A stretch of DNA of 64,000 bases. Source: Chrysomallon squamiferum. Lineage: Eukaryota; Animalia; Mollusca. Below, piece after piece: positions 1 through 12,295 of the stretch (position 1 is the stretch's first letter; every line of letters begins with the position of its first letter). The position numbers were made by a program, and so were the translations under genes. Under the pieces are notes generated by a model. The model was not told the DNA's origin. It did not search any database and saw nothing but the letters and a program-made list of their open reading frames with translations. The DNA lies in contig CM022679.1 of assembly GCA_012295275.1 (NCBI GenBank), positions 25,358,001-25,422,000 of the forward strand, in the 5' to 3' direction.

Positions 1-2994
1 TGTTTTGGAGTTGTTTTGTTTTACATGTATTTACATACTTGATAGATTTGATTTTCAACTGCATATAATCTAAAATATTTTTTAAATGTTTACTTTATTT
101 ATTCAGACTTTTTGTCATTGGATTGGTGCAATATTTAATTAGATATTTTTTAAAACAAAAATTATTTATACTTTGTTATTTATTACATTTTTTTTATCCT
201 TGGTCTGTGCAATATTTCTAAGCTTGCATTCCTATCATACATTCTGTTCAGAATATTACCGTTGGAAAAGGCTGTATTCTCATCTTCATTAATAAAGTAA
301 TTATCTGTTTTAAATGAAGTTTACTTCATGGGTGAAGAGTTAGTGAACTTATAGTGTTTAATTTTCATTTCACAAAAGACATTTCTAACATTCATGTTAG
401 TTTCCTGGTAGTAAAAATAGATTACTTTATTTAACTAAAACAGAACCTTTATAAACACTTTAATTTATTTAATGTGTTTTACTTATTTCTGTTTCTATTT
501 ATGTAAATAAATAACACAGAATTTGATGTTAATTTTTTTTTTTAAATGTTATGCTGATTTACATTTCATTTCAAAGGTGGAATTAGAAAAATGTCATAAT
601 CTGTGATAATGATGCACAAATATGTGCAATGTTATAGCCAATACCATTCTTTGTGTTAAATATGTAAATTAGAGTAGCTGTCTGTGTTATTGCTAACTTT
701 TATTGCTTTATATTGTTATGTTTTAAAATTTCAGATTAAAAATAGAATTATTATTATGTGTCAGTTTAGAACCTCATACCAGATATCAGAGTATTAAGTC
801 TTGTAGAGTAACTATAGTCATTGAAAAAATATGTAATTTAAAACATGCTTGCAAAACATATTGACATAATAAATTCTGAAATTCTAAGGGTTAGAAAATT
901 CCATCATCACTGAAAGTAACATTTTTGAATGGAAAGAAAAATAATTCTGTAAGGAATACTTGAACATTTCATCTCTTTTAACCATCTATATCGGACACTG
1001 ATCCCATCTGGCCTTTCACATTTAATAAAAATGGAACTTTAGACATTACTTGTACATATCTTTAAAACAATCTTCCTCTTTTATAAATTCCTTAATTGAA
1101 AAAATATAAATGTTTAAATAAAGTATTTAAAACTTGTTCTCCAAGTGTTATTGCCCTATGCCATACCAACTACCAGTTTGTTAAATTTTGAAAACAACAT
1201 TTTGCATTCCTTATTTTACAGGTTATCTGATTTTTAATACAACATTGAGCTAATTTATTCTACACAAAATTCTGGTAACTCACTAGAGTCTTTTTAAATG
1301 TTTTATTCTATTTAATTTTAATTTAAATTTTTTATTTTTTCATGTGATTTGTTACATGAACTTTATAAAAACAATATTCCAAAAACTTTGAGAATAGGAT
1401 TTTCTTCTATTTATCAGCAATTTACCAACCAAATATGTAAGTAAAACTGTTTTACATTACATTCAGTCGACATAAATACCATGAATAATTATGCTGGTGA
1501 TTACTATATAAAATCAAGTCTTAAAGAAAGAATTCCAATTTTATGATGTTATCTGTTTCATATTATTTATTACATCTATTCCTTGATCTCTAGCATTGTA
1601 TCTGTATAAATGGGTCATAAAATATCTAGTCATCTTTAAATATTAGCAGTTTTATCTTTAGTACATGTAAAGTACATAACTATGTGCATGTTTCTTGTTG
1701 CTAAATAAAGAAATTAAAAAACCAGTATTAACTTGGCACTGTTTTTTTTTCTTATAACATAAATTCATAACACTTAAGAACTGCACTTATATTATTTTCA
1801 CATGCACATACATTTAAAATGAAATTATTTTGTTGGAAAACAGCCATATTAGGCCAAACTGGCAAACCAAGACAGAAGATGAATTTGCTAAATTCTAATA
1901 AAGTGCTCATACTGGGCCCCTTTTTAAAGCTGAAACATTTTTACCAACCTGTAGAATTCGAACAGTTCATTCTTAAAATATCAACAAAACCAACTTCATT
2001 TAATCTATCCTGAAAAACATACCACTGATTTTTTTTTATTTTTTTTTTTGTTTGCTATTTTTATGAATTATACTCAATTCATATGGACAGTTTATTTAAT
2101 ATGTAAAATATGTAAATAATACAAGCAACAGCTGTTGTCTTGATGAACAAATAAGATCAAATCAAATTGAAACCCAATGTTATTTATAAAGTATCTAGAT
2201 TTTATTTTTATTTATTTTTTAATAAATATTGATAAATGTTTTCATGCTGGGTTTCAGTAATTATGTACAAAAGATGTTTGCCATTATTAACTAAAAAAAA
2301 AAAATTAAACAATATTACAGGTGGAGGACTAAATTTACATCAAAATTAGCAAAAAATTTACAATGAAATAGCAGAAACAACAATACTTTGTGATGTTTTT
2401 AAATATAACACATTTTAATACAACTGATAACTGATAAATAACAAAATGCCGTAGTTTTGTTAAGTTAGTATTTTCATTTCAGCAACCTCATTATTAAGAA
2501 AACTGTTTTGATAGTAGTACTGATTAAATATTCATACTGACACAAGATATACTTCAACTACATCCAAATATTCATTTAGTTGCATACATGTATTCTCTAT
2601 TTCACAAGTCATTTTACTTTACAAGAGTATGTAACACATCCAACAGTTTTAACTATACAAAAATCACTATTGCAAATTTAACAAATTTATAAAGTTCACA
2701 ACAATATAGCATAATTACAGGGAAATAATAATAAATTATAAATAATCCTGCTGCATTATTTGTTTCTAAGGCTCTTAAAATCAATTTGATATCATGTTTC
2801 ATAAGATCCAACAATTGGCAACCATTTTTTCAAAAAATAGGCACTTCAAAACACTTCAGTGATGTATGTACATTTCTATTAAGATGATTTTTTTTAGAAA
2901 CTTAACTTCCAATAATGTGTCAGAATCAACATCAGGAGTCATGAATTACATATTATCTGGTCTAAATTGTATACATTATGGCACAGTGAAATGT

Positions 2995-3840
2995 GTTCAT
3001 GAAACATTTAATAAACAATGGATATTATAACTTCAGATATGATTATAGAGAACCACCAATTAAATATATCTTTTGTAGTCTGTCTCTTAAATACTTTTGT
3101 TTTTCTCAAATAAGCAAATTCTTCAACACCTCCAAAAGCACTTTTATGCATTTGAAATCTTTTTGTAAACTGTAATAATAAAAAAAAAGACTTTATAACT
3201 CAAAATATAATTAGATATGAACCATCATGAAATTCACATTTGAAAGTTGTTGGGTTTTTTAAATTTAGTTCTTGTTCTTTTGTTGTTTTTTTTTGTTGTT
3301 TTTTGTCTGTTTTGTTTGGGAGTTTTTAATCTCCTTTTGTTTTTTGGAACCATCAATTCACGTCCTAAAGAAACATTTGTACAAATAAGTAAATTCCTCC
3401 ACCAGATCCAAAAGCACCTTTATCCATAACTAATCACTTCATAAACAGTAATAAATAGCTTTTGTAACTGAAGATACCAGGATAATTAAACCATTTCACA
3501 CCTGAAATGATTTTTTTGTTTCTGTAGTTTTTTCTTCTTCTTTTTTTACCCATTTCTTTTTATTTGATGAATTTTTATTTTCACTTCTTTTTCCTCAAAT
3601 TAGCAAATTCCTCCAGGACATCCATAAGCACCTTCATCCATGACAAATCATTTCATAAATAGTAACAAACAACAGTACTGACACTTGAAGATATGATTAG
3701 AAATGAACTATCTGTTCATATCTGACTGGGGTTTTTTTTTTTTTTTTTTTCTGGTCTGTTTTTGTTATTAAATTAGCAAGCCCCTCCACCATGTCCCAAA
3801 GCACCTTCATGCATGAGAAGCCACTGTTTTACAGAATTCC
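2995..3840 (-). repeat. Degenerate tandem array of the MGMT C-terminal coding end plus adjacent 3' sequence (coding copy plus 3 decayed copies)
   Basis: Plus-strand cores: aattagcaagcccctccaccatgtcccaaagcaccttcatgcat (3771, coding), aattagcaaattcctccaggacatccataagcaccttcatccat (3598), aataagtaaattcctccaccagatccaaaagcacctttatccat (3384), aataagcaaattcttcaacacctccaaaagcacttttatgcat (3109). The spacers share a gaagatatgattag...gaacca/aacta motif. Confidence 0.85.
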
Positions 3841-5923
3841 GCTTCCCCCATGCATAGTTCCCAAGATTTCCATTACTTTGAATAACTCTGTGACATGGCA
3901 TTACTAACTGGACTGGGTTTGTTGCCATGGCCTGACCCACAGCACGGCATGCATTGGCATTGCCACATAACTTTGCCAGACTTTTGTACGATATCGTCTG
4001 ACCAAAACCAACATGTTCTGTTAGTATCTTCCATACTTTGGCTGTGAAAGATCCTGAAAAAAAAAGAAAATATTTATAACAAGTGAAAAAAAAAATAACT
4101 TATAAATGAAAAATATAAAAAATTTTAAAAGGAAAAATATTAAAAAAATTAAAATGAAAAGGTTTGTTGTATTTAAATGTTCCAAGAATTTTGAGCAATT
4201 CTGAGAAAATTGCTAGTGATTACAAATATGTATATCATTTAATTTATTTTTATATATGCCAATGGTACAATGATTTTTTTTTTCTTTTTCTTTTAAATTT
4301 TTTATTAAATACAATTTTAACAGAATTATTAAAAATAAACTGTTTTATAATAAAAATTATAAATATTTTTCAGTGATATTAACAACACATTTAGATGGAT
4401 GTTTTTTTTAATTTTTGTTTGTTTTATGTTGAGTTGCCAAGAAAAACATTGTGGACATTAATTTTCCAAGGTATTTCTGAGTTGATATGTTAATTTCTTA
4501 ACATTACTTACCATCTTTGACAACTGATGGACATATTGGTGGTACTTGTGAATTTTTTATTGCTATTTCTTTGGAAAAGTAGTCTTTTAGCCACTGCACA
4601 CACAGCAAGCTGGGTTTGTACTGGTAGCCATTGTCCTGGTATAACTGAGATTTGATGCAAACTTCTATACTGTAAAAGCACAGTAATAATTTGTTCACAT
4701 TTCAAAGATGTCTGTATGTGACACTTACCAATTTTTACATAACGTAACTGTGCATATAATATTATTTTCACTGACTATATTCATCACAAAATTTCAGTAA
4801 CTATGTTTTATCATCATCGAATAAATACACTATGAAATTTCTGTAACTGAGTTCACTGACTAAATACATTGTGCAAGTGCAGCTTTATAATTATTGGAAA
4901 TATATAATATATATATATAAATATACACACACATATACCTATATACATAGACATATACATGTATACACAGTCATACATAGACATATACATACAGAATTAT
5001 TGTTTAACTGGTATTACTTCACATTCATTATCTGTTTTATTGTTAATCGTTTGTTACAAATAGCACATACTATCACAAATAATGATCATGTCAGATATCA
5101 ACTGTATAACCATATATACAGCTCATATTACATATCAGTTGCATAACTACCAAATTAAAGATAGTAATCAGAAATTTGAATAATACAACCTTATTTTCAA
5201 AACAAATAGTAATATTTAATGTAAAGCATCACTATTCAGTATTAATGTCAAATCTGTCTGCATGATCCACATTAGTATATCCAAAATTAATTATGGAATA
5301 AATTCAGTGACAAAGTTTTCCAATCAACGTAGTTAGATTTTAATAATTATTCCTAATATAAGCATCTTAAGGTAAGACTAAGAGTTTAATTAACTTGAGA
5401 TTGGAAGTTCACTCCTCATGAAAGAAATGAACTTTAGTTAATCTAGCATGAGCAGCTGCAGGCACTGACTGGTGTTGAAGTATTATTAAAGATTACATAC
5501 TACACACATACATCATTTCTTAAATTCATTTCAATTAAATATCATATTGCTCTTTTAATTTCTTTAACTCAAAAAAGACAGCAATTAACTCTTAACAATA
5601 TACATGGCCGCAACTATATAGAAACAAACTAGGTAAATGACTCATGCTGAAATTGACAATTTTTTTTTTTTTTTTTTTTTTTTGAGGGGGTTTTATTACA
5701 AAGAATTTATTTCTAAAAATATAAAATATAAATCTCTATTCTGATAGAAATGTTATCCACTGAATAAATTCATTTATTCTACAATTACAATTTCAAGTGT
5801 ACCAATATCGCTGCGATGAAAGACATAATAACTGACTTCAAACATGTCAGTTTTTGCCTCACTTCAAAAAGTCTAGTTACAGCCATGAAATATATTTGTT
5901 TTATCATTTTACAATTTATATTA

Positions 5924-5973
<50 letters not shown>

Positions 5974-6227
5974 ATTAGCCATCTTTTCCAATGATCTGAA
6001 AAGACAAACTGGCTGCAGCTATTCCTTGGGTTACTTAAAAATTGGTAGACCTTTCCTAAAACAGTGAAACCTATGTAACAGCTAGTTACTCCATAGTCTG
6101 TTGGATTCAAAAATAGCCCAAAAGACATATTGATATTACGAAAAATTAATCATGTTATCCTTTTGATCAGCACTATCTCCCACTCCTCAACCAACACAAA
6201 AACTTTCCAAATAGTCTAAATTCTTAA

Positions 6228-6273
<46 letters not shown>

Positions 6274-7537
6274 AAATTAATATTTTTGTTTTTTCTCACT
6301 ATAGTAATAAAACATTACTGATCTTGCCTTGTATCTGGACAGAAATTGTCATCACAAATGTTATCATCCTGGCTTAAAATGTGAACACCTTTAGGACAGC
6401 TGACTAGACACAGATCACCAATTGGTGTTGCCACAACAAAACTATTTGTTGGTCCATAGTGACAGGTCAGTTTCGATTTTCCTGGCATTTTCACACCTGA
6501 AATAGATTTCAACATATAACATATTACTGAGACTAAATTACGCAAAATCTAGCCCAAAGTTATGGTAGTTATCAAGACCCTTATTGGAAGTTATGGTAGT
6601 TATCAAGACCCTTATTGAGCAGTAAATATCAAGTCTAAGGCTAAAAAAAAAAAATTATATTTATATATAAATAATTTTCAGGTTGTATAACCATTCCATT
6701 ATTCAGCTGATCTAATCATTCTTTTCTCTCCTTTTTTTTTTTTTTTTTTTTTTTTTATTATTATTTTTTTTTTTTTTTTTTCTGGGGGTATTCATAAACC
6801 AACAGCTTTGTAGTAGTATCATAAACAAATTTACATATTTTTCCTTTAAATAATTAACTACCTTAATATTTTCCGCATTAATAAAAGTTTGTGTTATTTT
6901 ATTTGAAATGCTGCTTCCGTACAAAAAAAAAAAATTCTATCTTGAACTTAATTAATAATAAATAATAATACTATACTCCTAATTCCTTAATGTACAGTAA
7001 CAGATTCACTTTCAAACAACATACTGGTCGCTAAGTAAAAGTTTAATAAGCTACCTTTTTGGAGTTGTATGAGAAATTATTAACGTTCTAATCGAACTTC
7101 AAGAATATACCGAACATGCAGTTTACTTCTGCTTATAATTTCGAACCTTTCTCAGTCACTAAGCGACGATTTTGCTAGTCGCATTAAATAAACATATGTC
7201 AGAAAAAAAATAAAATAAAATAAATTTAAAAAATGTGGCATTAACGACGAAAATGTAAAAGTTCAATAACTCACATTTAAAGTGTGTTCAATGTAGATAG
7301 TGAATGACTCAAACGTCAGACTCAAAGGAAAACCAAAACAATCGAAATGTTTCCTCCACAATAAAAATATATATTAATACAATGATACGTTATTATTATT
7401 ATAATTATTTATCATATAAGGATGACTGTTTCCTGTGTTTAATTTAAATATCTAGCAATATCTGTTTATGGTCTACGACTACAAACGGACGAAATAATGA
7501 CTGCTGGCACACTACCTCTAATCACTTTTCCCGCCAT
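3773..7537 (-). CDS. MGMT: O6-methylguanine-DNA methyltransferase (alkyltransferase), 4 coding exons, 212 aa
   Basis: Exons (minus strand) 7516-7537, 6319-6496, 4512-4669, 3773-4053. All introns are GT-AG and phase-consistent (639 nt). Translation: MAGKVIRGVKMPGKSKLTC...TPIGDLCLVSCPKGVHIL...QWLKDYF...GSFTAKVWKILTEHVGFGQTISYKSLAKLCGNANACRAVGQAMATNPVQLVMPCHRVIQSNGNLGNYAWGKRNSVKQWLLMHEG...C*. It has the PCHR active site, the RAVG helix-turn-helix and the WLLxHEG motif. Exon 1 (22 nt) is the least certain. Confidence 0.95.
5924..5971. repeat. (ATT)n microsatellite
   Basis: Pure trinucleotide run in MGMT intron 2; source of spurious poly-Ile ORFs. Confidence 0.95.
6557..6617. repeat. 31-bp tandem duplication
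   Basis: aagttatggtagttatcaagacccttattg occurs twice in tandem in MGMT intron 1. Confidence 0.9.
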
Positions 7538-8719
7538 TTTTCGTGGCAGTTGTATATTCCATTCTACATAAAAGCATCACAATTTCATAAACAAATAATT
7601 ATATTTTTATTTTTATTTAAAAGATCAGCTGTAGTTTTCCTTTAACATATAATTTAAAGACATGCTCAACGAAAAGTCGAAGCCAAACGGGGATATTTTA
7701 ACTATGTAAATTCAGTAAGGTAGTAATTTACTTTTGCTTTTATTTTGCAGCTATATGGATCATTTACAATTCTGCATGAAAAAAAAAACAATGAAAAAAA
7801 CTTTTAAATGAAATGTATTTTAATGTAATATAAGTTACTGAATTCATAAATAATTTCTTTTTGAAATAACAGTGTAGAAATTATATTTAAGGGAAAAAAA
7901 AAATTTAAAATAGTGACATTATGAGTGTATAATATTAAACAGGAATGAAAATGAAACGTTAAATCGCAGATTTCAGCTGTCAGTTTTCATTAGCAGCAGG
8001 TATTCAGGTTGTGTTCATTTTGTGAACCATACCACAGCCATCGGTGTTAACTTTAGTAGTCATTTATATCATAGCGGACGACTATAATAATTTTTTTTTT
8101 TTTTTTTTTAATTTTTTTTATTAAGCAATATTAAATGTGTTATATAGCTGAATATGTATATAGGTATCCCAAGCTTGGCCTTCATATGCATGATATTTTA
8201 AAGTTTAAAGAAACACTGAGTGTGAACAAAAATGCATTTAAAAAAAAAAAAAAATATAGGCTGAAATTTACCTGTATTTCTTTGCATCATTTGTTGATAA
8301 CAGATAAGACTGAATGAAAATTATATACTAATTAATAAAATAGTTTTTAATCATCGATCCAACAAGCACGTACATTGAACTTATCAGTAAATTATACGGA
8401 TATTCAACAATATAAATCATTACAATTTATAAAATCTTCTTAAACCTATTTTTTATTTATGTATGCACCCCGTTAATATCAGAAGACAAAAGTATGGATT
8501 ACTGTATTTATAATTACTATTTCAGTTCAGAAATTATTTATTCTTAAAAGGTTATTTAAGGTTTCGAAAATAGGTCAAAGTTTGACGCTGTTATAGCCTC
8601 GTTTTGAGATAACACATATCCCATAATGCATATCATAAACATGGAGTTCACAGGTAGAAAACGTTTACGGTTAGAGTTGTTGTCAGTGACTTATTTCATG
8701 TTTCATCATTAATGTTATT
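7538..8719. promoter_or_regulatory. Putative bidirectional promoter region, MGMT/USP31
   Basis: Divergent start codons 1.18 kb apart, with locally more CpG. YY1-like ccgccatttt at 7531-7540 overlaps the MGMT ATG. A Staf/ZNF143-like tatcccataatgca lies at 8617-8630. Transcription starts cannot be determined from sequence. Confidence 0.55.
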
Positions 8720-11700
8720 ATGTCTGAGAAAATACCTGGTGGAAGACAAAGAGCCTCATCAGAGGGCGATTCTTTAGACGATAAGGAAGATGATCGCGGT
8801 ATGTATTGTGGTCCTTCCTTGAAATTCTCGCATCGACAGGTGAGCCGAAGTGCGATGTTAACAAGTGGTATAGCAGATTCCGAAACCGTTCATAGGCCGT
8901 CGCCTAATTTTGAAGATGAAGATGATGTTGGAGATTTTGAACATAGACGGGTTATCGGGCCATCCGAAAGACGACGAAAATCAAGAAAATCAGGATCTTT
9001 TAGATCATTCAGGAAGCTTATAAATCGTGTAATTAAATCGCACTCAAGCTCCGGTTCGTCGATACCGGATAGTGATTCTGACTCAATTTCAGGTAAACAC
9101 TGGCCAAAGAATCACTCAAAAGATCGTGATTGTACCGATAATGACGGACGAAAAAATGAAAGAGAACTGTCAGAATCGACAAGCAGACCTCTCATCACTA
9201 ATCCGGCATTGTGTGGACCCCGGTGGGAGGAAACGCCCGGGACTGTGGGGATTTATAATCACGGGAATACTTGTTTTATGAATGCTGTCTTGCAGTGTCT
9301 GGCTCACACAGATTTATTTCTTGAATATTTTTTTGAAGGAATGTACAAGGAAGATTTGTGGAACCACAGAAATATGAACACTAAAGAGAGCTCAAAAGGT
9401 GAGGTAACAGAACATCTTGGGAAATTACTGAGGTGTCTGTGGTCTCACAGATACAGTTCTGACATTTCACTCAGCTTTAAAAATATTGTTGGGAAATATA
9501 ATGCACAGTATAAAGGTAGTGCACAGCATGACGCTCAAGAATTCTTTTTGTGGTTATTGGACCGATTACACGAAGACTTGAATTGCAAAACAAAAGTAAA
9601 GCCAAAGTCATTCAAGGTATGAAATTATTCTTTGTTACCAGTACTCCATTTAACAGTATTTAGAATAGATATGCTTAAAACACATCAAGCTTGTTTTTTT
9701 AAGTTATATTTTATATTATTATAATTATTATTCATATTCATGTATAGACTGCTCGCAAACACTGCAGCATTAATGATAACAAGTACAGTTTCCTCACAGT
9801 TTTACTTTTATGATAACAGTTGGAATAGTTACGTTACTTTTATAATTAACTGTGAAAAATATTTTATCTCTAGTTTTAAAGTATTATGACCTGAGTATTT
9901 GTTTTCCACATGTTTTTGGAACTTAAAATTCAGATAGAAGAGTTTAGATAATCATAATATGATGATAATCCTCGTGGTTTTATAATTTACCATACAGTTA
10001 TAAGTTAGGTGTACTGATAAACATATAATAATATATTGTAATAAGTAGAATATTAATTGTGTAAGAGAGAATAACAAATAGTTACATTTAGATTACTGGT
10101 GGCAGTATGACAGTATTCTGTAAAATTTACAGTTATATAATTATCTAAGATATATATAACAACACATACATTATTTAACTTTTCAGCTGTATCCACTTAT
10201 TTTCCCTTCACTGAACAGTAGTAATCTTGTGTCACACATCCTGTTCATGGATGAGTGATTACTGATTAAGTGTGTGTGTACACTGATCTCAGTTAAAACT
10301 ATTTTAAGTTAACCAATCAACTGAAATAAAGACTGATCTTATTTATATCACGATTTTTTATTAATATTCAAACTACTGTTGGTAAATGTTTATATAAACA
10401 AGTATACATATAATACAAATAGTTTTCATGCCATCAGTATTTTACTTGTGGGAATTTCTCTTTCACTGTTCTGATAATAATATTTATTTAGAATTTCTCA
10501 GTATGTATTAAATGCACTGTAAAAATGTATAGGTGTTCTCATCAAGCAAATATATTTGACTGAAGAAAAACTTATATTTTTATATTTTGTATCTGTGAAA
10601 TATATATTTTTTGTGCCGGTGTGTTTTGGATTAATTTCTTTTAGGGTTAATTATTTCATAACAGTTTAAAAAAAAAAAATTGACATGGTTATTTTTTGAT
10701 TACTACTTGTCTTAAGTAAAAGTGTTTGTACTTTTATCATAAAAATTTACCTCTTTATAATAAAGATTGTGTGTGTGTGTGTGACAGTTACTTTAACTGT
10801 GATAAGGCAAACTTAAAATAATATATGTATACTTGCACCCTGCAGCTATTTGATGATATTGCACAGCAAGATTGAGGACATTATCTTGTATGTATTTAGT
10901 GCAGTTTCACATACAGCTATTTTAGTTTAGTTATATCTTTTATATTCTCTAGTCTTTATAATTATTTTTCTTACTTTTTTTTTTTCTTTTTTCTTTCTAT
11001 AACTTTTTTATTCTTTTTTCTTTTTTATTTTTTTTTTTATCCTAAATTACTTTATTTCTGTATAAATTTGAGTCTATCTCAAGCATATATACATAAACAA
11101 TAAAAGTGATAGAAATTAAATTTTGTATATATATATATATGTGTGTGTGTGTGTATATATTTATATATTTAGTGCAGAAATATCTGTGATGTTATTTAAA
11201 TATTTTGATTCATAGTGGCAAATATCAATTAGACTTCTCATTTGGTTGTCAAACACTCGCAAACAATACTATTAATAGCAGCAGCGATTTTTCACATCTC
11301 TCCTTTGTCACATAAAAAGAAAATCAATAAATGGGTCAGAAAACATAAACAAAGGATTGGGACAGGATAACCTGAACTATTTAATCTTGAACAGGTCACA
11401 GTACATGATAAATTATATTGAATAACTGTGTTGATAAATTAAACAACTAATAACATCTTTTGTGTTTGATTATACATTTATACCAGTTATGTGTGTGTGT
11501 ATGCGTGTGTCTATGTGTGTATGTATGCATGTGTCTATGTGTGTATGTGAAAACATCAACAAAGGATCTGAACAACATAACCTGAACTGTTTCTTTCTTG
11601 AACAGGTCACAATATACGATAAACTATATTTAATCATTGTGTTGACAAATTAAACAACTTGTAATATCTTTTATGTGATGATACATTGATAAAGCCTACA

Positions 11701-12213
11701 AATATAATGATATATGCTCTATTTAACATGAACCAGTTGGTAAACAGACGTAATGTAATAGTGAAATGCAGCACGTACGTCAGTCAAAACCGTAACAAGA
11801 AGGTTATCTTTAGTCACATTTGGGTTCACTTCACAGATAGGTGACAGCTGAGATTGTCAACAGATTCAGGAAGAACATTTTGTTTGAAAAAAAAAAAATA
11901 GTAGTAACAACAGGACATAATGATCACGGATGTAACTCAGTTTGACTTTTCCTTTAATAGTCACAGTTTTTCTTTTTATGTGGACAAAACAAGAAATAAA
12001 CACATATTTTTAAATAATACTTTAAATCTGTATGTCATTATGTACATTTCTGTTTCTTTCTTATATTTATTTTATCATCTCAGTAGATTTCTGTTTTGAC
12101 ATTGTGAAACTGTTTTTTATGTTTCTTTTTCCTTAATTGTTTGTTTGTCTCTCTTTTTCTCTCTCTATTTTCTGCCTATCTGTAATTTGTTCTGTTCAGC
12201 TTCCATATATATA

Positions 12214-12295
<82 letters not shown>

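Noticed and set aside
1-2990. Possible gene or ORF 1819-2013 at the left end
   Set aside because: No recognisable protein and no convincing exon. The AT-rich sequence with several AATAAA looks like UTR or intergenic DNA.
3100-3840. Repeat-spacer pattern as a CRISPR-like array
   Set aside because: Eukaryotic context, long diverged units derived from MGMT coding sequence, related spacers and no cas genes.
5785-6067. Poly-Ile ORFs, and similar poly-I/Y/H/ER/SL/F/K ORFs at 12137, 23718, 27987, 34385, 55497, 58663
   Set aside because: Translations of microsatellites and homopolymer runs.
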